Assembly (NCBI GenBank): GCA_036338695.1
Contig: JAYZBQ010000021.1
Location: forward strand, 1 to 29,390
Length of the DNA stretch: 29,390 nt
Source: Myxococcota bacterium
GTDB taxonomy: Bacteria > Myxococcota > UBA4151
Direction: 5' to 3'
The translations under genes and the position numbers were made by a program. This document shows positions 21,866-29,390 of the stretch, in pieces. The notes beneath the pieces were generated by a model, which searched no databases, was not told the DNA's origin, and was given only the letters and a program-made list of their open reading frames with translations. How positions within the stretch are numbered: position 1 is the first letter of the stretch; each line of letters begins with the position of its first letter.

Positions 21866-22236
21866 TCGAGCGCGGCGGCGCCTCGCATCATCGCCAGGTT
21901 GTCGAGCGCTTCGGTCGCCCAGTCGGTTTGGAGGGGCTCGAGCAGGCGCTGGACGGCTGCTTGAACCGGGACCCGATCCGACCAGCAGTGGTTCGCGAGA
22001 AAGCGCATATGGTCGGCGGGCTTTTGACCCGGGCGATCCATGAGCTCGCGACACGACCCGCAGAGCAGGATGAGGTGCTGGAGTTCGGGCGCCTTGTCGG
22101 GCTCAAGGTCGTAGGGGCGGCAACCCGCTCGCTCATCGCAGAGCTCACAGGAACGCCCGGCGCGACGCGCCAGGTCTTTGCCCAGCAGGTTGATCGCGTC
22201 GAGCCGCCGCTGGTGCTTCTCTTTGCCTTTCGCCAT
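21862..22236 (-). CDS. PhnA-like Zn-ribbon protein
   Basis: MAKG...LGKDLARRAGRSCELC...ILLCGSC...HMRFLANHCWSD..PVQ pattern with two CxxC pairs; family recognised from memory. Confidence 0.65.
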   Translation of the reverse strand: MAKGKEKHQRRLDAINLLGKDLARRAGRSCELCDERAGCRPYDLEPDKAPELQHLILLCGSCRELMDRPGQKPADHMRFLANHCWSDRVPVQAAVQRLLEPLQTDWATEALDNLAMMRGAAALD

Positions 22237-22248
22237 GCCTGCGCGCCG

Positions 22249-22626
22249 CTAGTTGAGAAAGGTGTCGGCGCTGAGCAGGTCAAAGGGCGGGATGTGCACC
22301 TTGAACTCGCTGCCGTCGTCGCGCGTGCACAGGAGCGTGCCGTGCATGACGCCCGTGGGCGTGCTCAGCGGGCAGTAGCTGGTGTACTCAAAGGCGGCGG
22401 TCGGCGGCAGCCACGGCGTGGCGCCGACGAGCCCGGCGCCCTCGACCTCTTCGGTCTCGCCGTGTGCGTCGGTAATGATCCAGTGCCGCCGCTGGACCTG
22501 AGCGGGCAGCGGCCCCTCGTTGAGGATGCGCACCCGATACGCAAAGAACCAGCGCTTTTGGCTCGGGCTTGAGTGCTCGGGTAGGTAGCGTGAGTTCACG
22601 ACGATCTGAAGTCCCTGGTCGCTCAT
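22249..22626 (-). CDS. apaG: ApaG (DUF525) protein
   Basis: FFAYRVRILNEG, RRHWIITD, EEVEGAGLVG, FEYTSYCPLSTPTGVMHG. Confidence 0.93.
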   Translation of the reverse strand: MSDQGLQIVVNSRYLPEHSSPSQKRWFFAYRVRILNEGPLPAQVQRRHWIITDAHGETEEVEGAGLVGATPWLPPTAAFEYTSYCPLSTPTGVMHGTLLCTRDDGSEFKVHIPPFDLLSADTFLN

Positions 22627-22783
22627 ACGCACCCCCTAGCAGGCGCACCGTACACCGAAAGGCGCGACCGCGTCATCTCTCCAAAAAGATTCTCATCGGA
22701 CTGCGCCGGTCAAACCCCCTTTTCAGTTGATGGGTCATACGCCACACAGCTTAGGCGCGTTGCGCTTCGAGGGAGTCATCAGC

Positions 22784-23212
22784 ATGAGTCAAGGTCGCCC
22801 TGAGTGGGATTCCATCTGGATGGATTTTGCGCACCTGATCGCCAAGCGCTCGTACGACCCGAGGTTCCAAGTGGGCGCCGTGGTCGTGACCGAGAAGAAC
22901 ACGCAGGTGCTCGCGATCGGTTACAACGGCAATTATGCCGGCGGGCCCAACCAGGTCGAGTCGACCGAGCCCGGTCACTCGGGGATGATCCACGCCGAGA
23001 TCAACGCCATGATTAAGCTCGACTACAACAACCCGAACCGAAAGATCATGTACGTGACGTTGAGCCCCTGCCGGGACTGCGCCAAGGCGATCATCAACGG
23101 CGGGATCTCCGAGGTGGTGTACTGCGAGCAGTATCGAAACCCGTCGGGCTTGGATCTCTTGCGCGAGGTCGGCATCACGGTGCGTCAGTACGTGCCTGAG
23201 CTGGTGGTCTGA
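22784..23212 (+). CDS. dCMP deaminase family protein (ComEB-like)
   Basis: RPEWD, KRS.D...QVGAVVV, IGYNG, Zn-binding HAEINA and SPCRDC; GGAG upstream of the ATG at 22784. Confidence 0.9.
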   Translation: MSQGRPEWDSIWMDFAHLIAKRSYDPRFQVGAVVVTEKNTQVLAIGYNGNYAGGPNQVESTEPGHSGMIHAEINAMIKLDYNNPNRKIMYVTLSPCRDCAKAIINGGISEVVYCEQYRNPSGLDLLREVGITVRQYVPELVV

Positions 23213-23219
23213 GCAGGCG

Positions 23220-24146
23220 ATGCGGCCTGCGTGGGTGCCTCGGCGTCTCGGAGCCAAGCGGCATAAGGTCCTGACCGCGCTGCGCGACGGAGGGGTCGCG
23301 CTGCGGCATCACGACCGACTTTTTGAGCTGGCGCAGGCGCATCAGGTCGCCGCGCCCTTGGCGAGCCTCGCGGCGCAGCGCCAGGAGGAGGTGCCCGAGC
23401 GCTGGGCCGAGCGCCTCGCTGCGGTGCGGGCGCAGAACCTCCTCTTTGAGCAGCGCCTCGGCGAGCTCGCCCAGCGGCTCGATGTCCTGGGCGTGCCGTG
23501 GTTTGCTACGCGCGGCGCGGCGCGCCTGTTTGACCCGCTCATACCGGATCGGCTCTGCGGGGACGTCGATCTGTACATCTTGCCCGAACACTGGCCTCAT
23601 CTTGAGCGTGAGCTCACCGCCACCGAAGGGTTTGAGCGCGTCGTCAAAAGGGGTGAAACCAACCGCAGCACACGCCACCTGATCTGGCGCCCGGGCGTCA
23701 CGATCGAACTGGACATGCACTTGGCGCTGAGCCCCTTTCACGCCGAGGGCGGCGAGGTCTATGAGCAGCTGATGCGGCGCCGAGTGCGCAACGCAGCTGG
23801 GCTGTGGGTGCTCGCGCCCGAGGACGACTACGGGATGGCGCTGATCGAGGCGCTGATCGAGGCGCCGGCCAATCGTCTGCGCCGTCTTTGGGAGCTCGAG
23901 GTCTTGCACGGCCGGCTCAAAGCCGGTGAGCGCCAGCGTATGCGTCGCCGGTTTGGCTTGCGGCGCTGGGCGTCGCAGCTGCCCGAGTTTGTGTTTCGGC
24001 GGGTGCAAGGCACCGTGCCCATGCAGCGCCCGGAGCAGCTGATGGTCCGGTACGGTGGCCTCTCGACGCTGATTTTTGCGAGCAGGCGCCCCTTGCACCA
24101 AACCCGGAGCTCGCTGGGCTTGATGTTGCGTCGTTTTCGCACTTGA
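23220..24146 (+). CDS. Putative nucleotidyltransferase (NTP_transf_5-like)
   Basis: AQNLL...L..LGVPWFATRG, RLCGDVDLYI (DxD), TIELDMH and LAPED follow the layout of this family; 7 bp after the deaminase gene. Confidence 0.65.
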   Translation: MRPAWVPRRLGAKRHKVLTALRDGGVALRHHDRLFELAQAHQVAAPLASLAAQRQEEVPERWAERLAAVRAQNLLFEQRLGELAQRLDVLGVPWFATRGAARLFDPLIPDRLCGDVDLYILPEHWPHLERELTATEGFERVVKRGETNRSTRHLIWRPGVTIELDMHLALSPFHAEGGEVYEQLMRRRVRNAAGLWVLAPEDDYGMALIEALIEAPANRLRRLWELEVLHGRLKAGERQRMRRRFGLRRWASQLPEFVFRRVQGTVPMQRPEQLMVRYGGLSTLIFASRRPLHQTRSSLGLMLRRFRT

Positions 24147-24171
24147 CGGATCGGGTGAGCGAATCTAACCC
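24143..24171 (+). promoter_or_regulatory. Putative sigma70-type promoter of tRNA-Asn
   Basis: TTGACG-17 nt-TAACCC, 12 nt before the tRNA 5' end; the -35 box overlaps the upstream stop codon. Confidence 0.45.
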
Positions 24172-24183
24172 ACGACCTGCTGA

Positions 24184-24260
24184 TGCCCAGTAGCTCAGTT
24201 GGTTAGAGCGGGTGACTGTTAATCACTAGGTCCGGGGTTCGAGTCCCTGCTGGGCAGCCA
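24184..24260 (+). tRNA. tRNA-Asn (anticodon GTT)
   Basis: Acceptor stem TGCCCAG/CTGGGCA followed by G-CCA; D arm GCTCAGTTGGTTAGAGC; anticodon arm GGTGA-CTGTTAA-TCACT; T arm with GGTTCGAGTCC; 77 nt. Confidence 0.97.
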
Positions 24261-24264
24261 AACC

Positions 24265-24292
24265 AAAGCCTCGCCGCAGGGCGAGGCTTTTT
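24265..24292 (+). terminator. Intrinsic terminator after tRNA-Asn, possibly bidirectional
   Basis: AAAGCCTCGCC-GCAG-GGCGAGGCTTT-TT: perfect stem followed by a T tract. Confidence 0.85.
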
Positions 24293-24492
24293 CGTTTAAC
24301 GCTGCCGATGGCGAGGCTGCTCTCACGCGTTGAGGTGACATCAGCCTAACCGCTCGAGCCACTCGCCGCTCGCCCCGTTGGCGATGTCACCGGTGCCCAA
24401 GATGGACCCAAGGCCCATCCACACCGCACCCCAAAGCCCGACGACTAGCCTAAGTGCGTCTTGATTGGTCATTGATTAAACTCCATGTCGCG

Positions 24493-26253
24493 TCAGCGAT
24501 ACTGGGCTTCGTCAAAAGCCAGCGCACCCCAGCAGGCGAGTTTACCATTTGCTCTCAAACCGCAGGTAGTAAAACGCCCTGCATCGATCGTTACAAACCG
24601 GGTCTTATCGACCTTGAGCTCGCCATAATCATTCGAGCCCCAGCACGTCACAGTCTGATCGGGTTTGAGGGCACAACTGTGCTGTGCACCCGCCTGAATG
24701 TTTGAATAGCGACCTTGGGGTGCTCGTGTTTGACCATAGCGGTTGGATCCCCAACACATGATGCGTTGATCTTTCGTCAGTCCACAGGTGTGCCATTGAC
24801 CGGCTTCGACTTGCCGAAAAATGCCTTTGGGTGGCGTGGCTTCAGTATGGTCATCGTTACCCCAACAGCGGATCGTCTTATTCAAGCGTAACGCGCAGTT
24901 GTGATACCCACCCGAACTCACTGATCGGAACATCCCTCTTGGGCGCTTGGTTTGACCTGATTCATTATCGCCCCAGCATGTGATTCGCCCATCAGAGCGT
25001 AAACCGCATGAGTGAAACTTACCGGCGCTGATCGCTTCGTAGCGACCTTTGGGCACATCAAGTTGCCCGTTGTCATTTGAGCCCCAGCAGATCACGCGCT
25101 TCTGGCTCGTGAGCCCACAGGTGTGAACGGCTCCTGCAGCTAGGCTGACCAACGGCATTCTCGGCGGATGGTCGCGCCCGCTTCGATCGTTGGCATTACG
25201 AGAGGCATAACATTGGGCTTCGGATCCGCCTTTGAGCACGCAGACATGAGACCAGATAGCGAGCACTCGAGGCGGAATTTGAAGATCGGTGCCGCGTTTG
25301 AGTTTGACCTTCCATGTGGTGGTCTTGCCTGCCTTAACACTCAGTACCTTCTTTGCCGAGCGATAGCCTTTGCGGCTGACTACGACATCGTATTTACCGC
25401 TTTTTGCACCTTTAACTCGTACGGGTAAGCCCTTGCTCACCTCAAAGGTTCCCGGACCAACGATCCTCACCTTCGCTCCTTTGGGTTTCCCCTTGATGTG
25501 GAGTGTACCGGGTTTCTTGAGCCGAATATTGAGCGCTTTCGTCTCGTCGGTTTTGACCCACAGCACCCCGCGCTGAGTTTGCCGTCCTTTGGCTTTGGCT
25601 TGCCAGCGATACAACCCTTGAGGAACGCGCCTGAGCCATGGCTTCTTCGGGTTGAGCTTGAAGCGTTGCTGAAAGCCGGCGGTGCCTCGGAGCTTGACCT
25701 GAGCGCCTTTGGGTTTGCCCGTGACGTTGATCCAGCCAAGCGCTCCGGTAATTGCGCCACCTTCTACGGCTAAATCGTTGCGCATCGCTGACTCGCTGCT
25801 TTGCTCGCCGAGGAGCTCGCTGATCTTGGGTTCAAGGAGATCGAGAATGGTTTCGATCTGCTTGCCCTGCACATCGATGGTTCGAATCGCTTTGACGCGC
25901 TCGATATCGATGAGCTTTAGCAATAAAATAAAGCGCATGCCGACGCGACTAAACTTACCGGTGATCATGACTCGAGCGCCAAGCGCTCCACCGATCTCGG
26001 CGATGCAGCTCTCCATTTTGCAGCCGCCAGAGAGCTGGCGCTGCAATTCCACATCGATAGCGTCCATCGCTTCAGGGGTCACGAGCGTATAGCGCTCGGA
26101 TTGCCCAGCGCGAATGCGGATCATTTCGGTAAGTGTTTCAGCATCTGCCTTTTCGGTTTTGACTCGCTTGAGCGGCGCTACTACGAGAGTAGGCTTTGCC
26201 GCTGCAGGTGCGGCAACAAGCAAACTAGCAGCCACTAAATCAAGGTAACGCAA
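24493..26253 (-). CDS. Exported protein: CsgG/TolB-N-like domain, two PEGA-like domains and a 7-bladed RCC1/BLIP-II propeller
   Basis: GGAG upstream of a TTG start; signal peptide ...APAAA; GC...SCIAEIGGALGA N-terminal domain; ITG.PKGA.V PEGA-like repeats; seven units of (A/S)G..H(T/S)C.L......CWG.N..GQ, the first degenerate. Confidence 0.85.
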   Translation of the reverse strand: MRYLDLVAASLLVAAPAAAKPTLVVAPLKRVKTEKADAETLTEMIRIRAGQSERYTLVTPEAMDAIDVELQRQLSGGCKMESCIAEIGGALGARVMITGKFSRVGMRFILLLKLIDIERVKAIRTIDVQGKQIETILDLLEPKISELLGEQSSESAMRNDLAVEGGAITGALGWINVTGKPKGAQVKLRGTAGFQQRFKLNPKKPWLRRVPQGLYRWQAKAKGRQTQRGVLWVKTDETKALNIRLKKPGTLHIKGKPKGAKVRIVGPGTFEVSKGLPVRVKGAKSGKYDVVVSRKGYRSAKKVLSVKAGKTTTWKVKLKRGTDLQIPPRVLAIWSHVCVLKGGSEAQCYASRNANDRSGRDHPPRMPLVSLAAGAVHTCGLTSQKRVICWGSNDNGQLDVPKGRYEAISAGKFHSCGLRSDGRITCWGDNESGQTKRPRGMFRSVSSGGYHNCALRLNKTIRCWGNDDHTEATPPKGIFRQVEAGQWHTCGLTKDQRIMCWGSNRYGQTRAPQGRYSNIQAGAQHSCALKPDQTVTCWGSNDYGELKVDKTRFVTIDAGRFTTCGLRANGKLACWGALAFDEAQYR

Positions 26254-26361
26254 AAGCGCTCCGGATCAACCACGCTGCTAACTTGGCCGACCCGCCCGCT
26301 CAGGGCAAGGTGGGCTGGTCGTTCGAGCCTCCGCTCGCTACCATGACTTCGAGGATTCACC

Positions 26362-26604
26362 ATGCCCCGACCTATCGCCAAGCGCGCACAGCAAATCTGC
26401 GACTATGTAGCGCTGGGGCATACTCGTGAGGTCGCCGCTCAAGCCTGCGGCATCGTCCCGACCACGATGTGTCGTTGGATGAAGCGCCGCGAGCGTCAGC
26501 CGGACGGACCCTGCGGCGATGGCGTGGTGCACCAAGGCGAACGCTGTGACGACGGCAACAACACTGCGGGCGACGGCTGCAGCCGCCTGTGCCAGGTCGA
26601 CTAA
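26362..26604 (+). CDS. 80-aa chimeric ORF: HTH-like segment fused to a single Myxococcus Cys-rich repeat
   Basis: GAGGA SD before the ATG; ICDYVALGHTREVAAQACGIVPTTMCRWMKR (HTH-like) followed by CGDGVVHQGERCDDGNNTAGDGCSRLCQVD. Confidence 0.55.
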   Translation: MPRPIAKRAQQICDYVALGHTREVAAQACGIVPTTMCRWMKRRERQPDGPCGDGVVHQGERCDDGNNTAGDGCSRLCQVD

Positions 26605-26612
26605 GGGGTCTT

Positions 26613-27785
26613 ATGCTCTCATGTTGCGCTGCGCTTTTGCTCGCCGCTCAGCCGAGCGTCGCTCAACCCGTCAACCAAGACGCGCCCTTGATGGGCGCCG
26701 CCCAGGTGGACGAGTTGGTTGTGCTCGACATCAACGGCAGCCACGCCGCCTTGCGCTTGCTCGAGACCGGTGTTGACGAGGTCGCCAGCGAGATGTGCAG
26801 CACCAAGCCGGTGGCGTGTCGCTATCCAGGCTTACCCAAGCCCACCTCGGGCGTGACTCTTTATTTGCTTGAGTTTGCGACCCAGAAGCTCACCCCTTTT
26901 CTCGTCAACCCTACGGCTTTTAAGGGCTGCGGTGCGCGCCGGCGCTGCCTTTCGCACGCCAAAGCCAAGCGCCGGCTCAAGCGGGCGAAGGCGGCCTTTG
27001 CGAGGGCAGGCTTGGACATCACGAAAATGCCGCAAGCCACGCACACCATCGCCTGGACGCATAAGCCCACCGAGCACGAGCCCCCAGAACCCGAGAACCC
27101 AGAGACCACGACCGCCGATCAGATGGTGTTTGGGATCAGCACCATCGAGCAGACTCTGGCCTGGGGTGGGCGCAAGTTTGTGCTGCGCTCCACCGACACC
27201 CGCTCGGCGCTGGAAGGCGAGGTCGTCAGCGAGGTCTTAGAGGGCAAAAAAGTCTGGTACCGCAGCCGCCGCAGCTATTTGACGCGCTGGGCCGGTGGAC
27301 TGACCGTGCGCTTTCCACTCGCTTACGAGACGCCGAGCGGTTTGGTGTTGCTCGAGCGTGTTTTGGGGACCGGTGCGCAAGCCCACTCAAGCGACGCGCT
27401 GACCCCGCCGATCCCGCCCTCAACGTCGACGGCTTCGTGCCCTGATCAGCCCCTTGATATGGTCAAGGCAGTCTATGCGCGCTACGCGGGTGGGCGCCCG
27501 CCGAGTCTGGCTCAGATCACCTGCTGGAGCCCCGCCACCCAAGCCCTGATCGACAGCCGCCGCTTAGCCTTTGACCCGGTGGTTCAAGGGCAGGATTATC
27601 AGTTAACGGATGTGCGAGTGAGCGCCCGCCAAGACGGCAGCGTTCAAGCCACCTTTGTCAACATGGATCAAAAGCTTACGGTGATTTGGACCTTTGAGCG
27701 GACCGACCGCTGGCGGGCGGTGGACCTGCTGCACCAGGGCAAGTCGTTCGTCAAAACGCTAAAGGCGCAGCCGAACCAGCGCTGA
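26613..27785 (+). CDS. Hypothetical exported protein with a C-terminal DUF3828 (YbjP)-like domain
   Basis: AAGGGG upstream of the ATG at 26613; signal peptide MLSCCAALLLAAQPSVA; C-terminal P..MVKAVYARY...LAFDPVVQGQD...V.ATFVN...V.WTF...WRAVDL. Confidence 0.65.
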   Translation: MLSCCAALLLAAQPSVAQPVNQDAPLMGAAQVDELVVLDINGSHAALRLLETGVDEVASEMCSTKPVACRYPGLPKPTSGVTLYLLEFATQKLTPFLVNPTAFKGCGARRRCLSHAKAKRRLKRAKAAFARAGLDITKMPQATHTIAWTHKPTEHEPPEPENPETTTADQMVFGISTIEQTLAWGGRKFVLRSTDTRSALEGEVVSEVLEGKKVWYRSRRSYLTRWAGGLTVRFPLAYETPSGLVLLERVLGTGAQAHSSDALTPPIPPSTSTASCPDQPLDMVKAVYARYAGGRPPSLAQITCWSPATQALIDSRRLAFDPVVQGQDYQLTDVRVSARQDGSVQATFVNMDQKLTVIWTFERTDRWRAVDLLHQGKSFVKTLKAQPNQR

Positions 27786-27856
27786 CGCTTAGCCGCCTGC
27801 GATGGCGCCGGTCGAGCTGACCGCCTGAGCGCGCGGCGGGTCTTAGAGCCAATGCC

Positions 27857-28828
27857 CTAGGGCAGTTGGTGACAGTCCGCTTCGGTGCGTGTCAGGAGCA
27901 CGGTCCCGCCAGCTTGATCGATGGGGGTGAGCGCGATGTCAGCGCCACGCTGTTCCCAACGGAACGCACCCTCCCCGACGATGAGGAGCACGTCATCATA
28001 TCGGTAGACGCTCTTCGTGTCCTCGACGGTGCATGCTTCAACGTCGGTCAGCTGAGAGATGGTTTGATCCGTCCGGATAGCGAAACCCATCTGATCATGG
28101 CTGAAGGTGCCGATGAGCACGGCGGGTAATTCCCCTCCGGCTTGAAGGCGAGTGTGGCAATCGGTGCGGCTGCGTGTGAACGAATCGCTATTTGCAGTGA
28201 CGCTGTTCGTGATGGTCAAGACATCATCGTCGATCGTGTAGGTGTCGGTTTGAGCATTGCCGGAGAACAGCACCGTGAGTTGATCGCCTTCGGTGCTGTA
28301 TGGATAACGCGTCGACGGTGTGCATTCGCTCAAGTCACTTATGAAAAACAACAAGCCATTTTCTGTAAACACCAGCGCTTCGGTTCCGTCCGGTCGCTCT
28401 GAGTCGACGACCTCCCATGTGCCGACGACGCTGACACTTGGCGCGATGGTGTGGCAATCCTCGGCAGCTCGAACGAAGCGCTGTTCACCGTCCTCTGTCG
28501 TTAAGATCAGCGCGCGGTCTTCAAAGCGAAACGGCACGGGCTCCACATCTTGCTCGACGGTGAGCACCTGGTCCTGCGTGGTATAGCCCAAGCGTTGTCG
28601 CTCGCGGCAGGTCGCGAGGTCGGTCAGGACCAAAAGGATGCCGTCGTCTCGAAAGGCAAGGTGCAGGGGGGTGCCGGCGTCGGTACTGTCGGCTCGCCAG
28701 GTGCCGAGGATGCTCTCACTCGTCCCGGCTCCCCCGTCTCCGCTTCGACTCCCGCCTCCGCCGGACGCCGTCGGTGGGGGACAAGCTGACAAAAGAGCAC
28801 ACAAAAGGGTGAGAGTCAGGCTGCGCAT
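27857..28828 (-). CDS. Lipoprotein with three tandem lipocalin-like (GTW) domains
   Basis: ATG at 28828; lipobox LLSA-C and a Gly/Ser tether; three units of about 85-90 aa starting (L/V/I)GT(W/F) and ending R...DCH. Confidence 0.75.
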   Translation of the reverse strand: MRSLTLTLLCALLSACPPPTASGGGGSRSGDGGAGTSESILGTWRADSTDAGTPLHLAFRDDGILLVLTDLATCRERQRLGYTTQDQVLTVEQDVEPVPFRFEDRALILTTEDGEQRFVRAAEDCHTIAPSVSVVGTWEVVDSERPDGTEALVFTENGLLFFISDLSECTPSTRYPYSTEGDQLTVLFSGNAQTDTYTIDDDVLTITNSVTANSDSFTRSRTDCHTRLQAGGELPAVLIGTFSHDQMGFAIRTDQTISQLTDVEACTVEDTKSVYRYDDVLLIVGEGAFRWEQRGADIALTPIDQAGGTVLLTRTEADCHQLP

Positions 28829-29103
28829 GAAGACCCTTGGAGTAATGAGCGCCCCATGATGTGGAAGTGACCGCTGGTTGGCAAGAGCAGCGCATCGAGG
28901 CCGCTCAAGGGCAGTGCGGGGTGTTTGAGCGCGCCAACACCCGGGCGAGGATGAACCATACCCTGACCGACCAAGCACACCGCCCCCTTCCGTCTCTGCC
29001 TCTTGCTCCGGGTGACGTCCGGCTGGAGCACCTCATTCTAACGGCATGATCTCTCGACAAATTCTCGCCTTGAGGCCAATTTGCCGCCTTGATGGAGGCG
29101 AGT

Positions 29104-29390
29104 ATGCAGACCACTCGACAGCTTGGTGTTTTAGCGATCATTTTCAGCATGTCCTGCGGCGAACAGACGGTCGTTCGTGAAACCGAAGCCAGCTGCGGCA
29201 ACGGGCAAATCGAGGCCGGTGAAGCCTGTGATGACGGCAACACCGAGCCGTCGGATGCGTGCACCAACAGCTGCACGGTGGCGACCTGCGGTGACTCGGT
29301 CACGCGCACGGATCTAGCGGCGGGTGAAGAGGGCTACGAGGCCTGTGATGATGGTAATTCGGCAAATGACGACGCCTGTACAGCCGGGTG
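29104..29390 (+). CDS. Partial (3'-truncated) Myxococcus Cys-rich repeat lipoprotein, paralog of 595..2748
   Basis: Not in the ORF track; translated by hand after a GGAGG SD as [95 protein letters not shown]... Confidence 0.9.
   Translation, partial: MQTTRQLGVLAIIFSMSCGEQTVVRETEASCGNGQIEAGEACDDGNTEPSDACTNSCTVATCGDSVTRTDLAAGEEGYEACDDGNSANDDACTAG

Noticed and set aside
22784..23212. Anti-phage dCTP deaminase (AvcD/Dcd type)
   Set aside because: It lacks the N-terminal P-loop kinase domain; it is a small stand-alone deaminase in a housekeeping context.
28830..29100. Riboswitch or ncRNA in the divergent intergenic region (hairpins GGGTGTT...AACACCC and GCTCC...GGAGC)
   Set aside because: Only short stems, with no recognisable family consensus; an Rfam search would be needed.
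24184..29390. Integrated prophage or ICE at tRNA-Asn
   Set aside because: No integrase, phage structural genes or duplicated tRNA 3' end found in the window.

Overview
GC-rich bacterial chromosomal window, most likely from a Myxococcota-like or deltaproteobacterial genome (Myxococcus-type cysteine-rich repeat lipoproteins, a membrane Ser/Thr kinase, PEGA/RCC1 and FG-GAP surface proteins). From left to right it holds: a partial gene and a 16-repeat Cys-rich (DUF4215-type) lipoprotein, followed by pseI; a long minus-strand run sucA-sucB-lpdA-methyltransferase-pseF-FAD oxidoreductase-pseG-methyltransferase-wbqC; an FG-GAP/Ig lipoprotein, a Ser/Thr kinase and a hypothetical exported protein; fpr, an orphan DNA amino-methyltransferase, a phnA-like gene, apaG, a dCMP deaminase and a nucleotidyltransferase; tRNA-Asn(GTT) with a terminator; and an accessory block of exported proteins ending in a second, partial Cys-rich paralog. 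The most striking observation is that SucA (2-oxoglutarate dehydrogenase E1) carries a complete in-frame cyclic-nucleotide-binding domain with an intact phosphate-binding cassette, between its N-terminal segment and the catalytic body. This suggests direct cNMP control of a TCA-cycle enzyme. A second candidate system is a family of surface lipoproteins with a conserved N-terminus and repeat stalk and possibly interchangeable C-terminal tip domains. All calls come from reading motifs by eye; no database searches were run.
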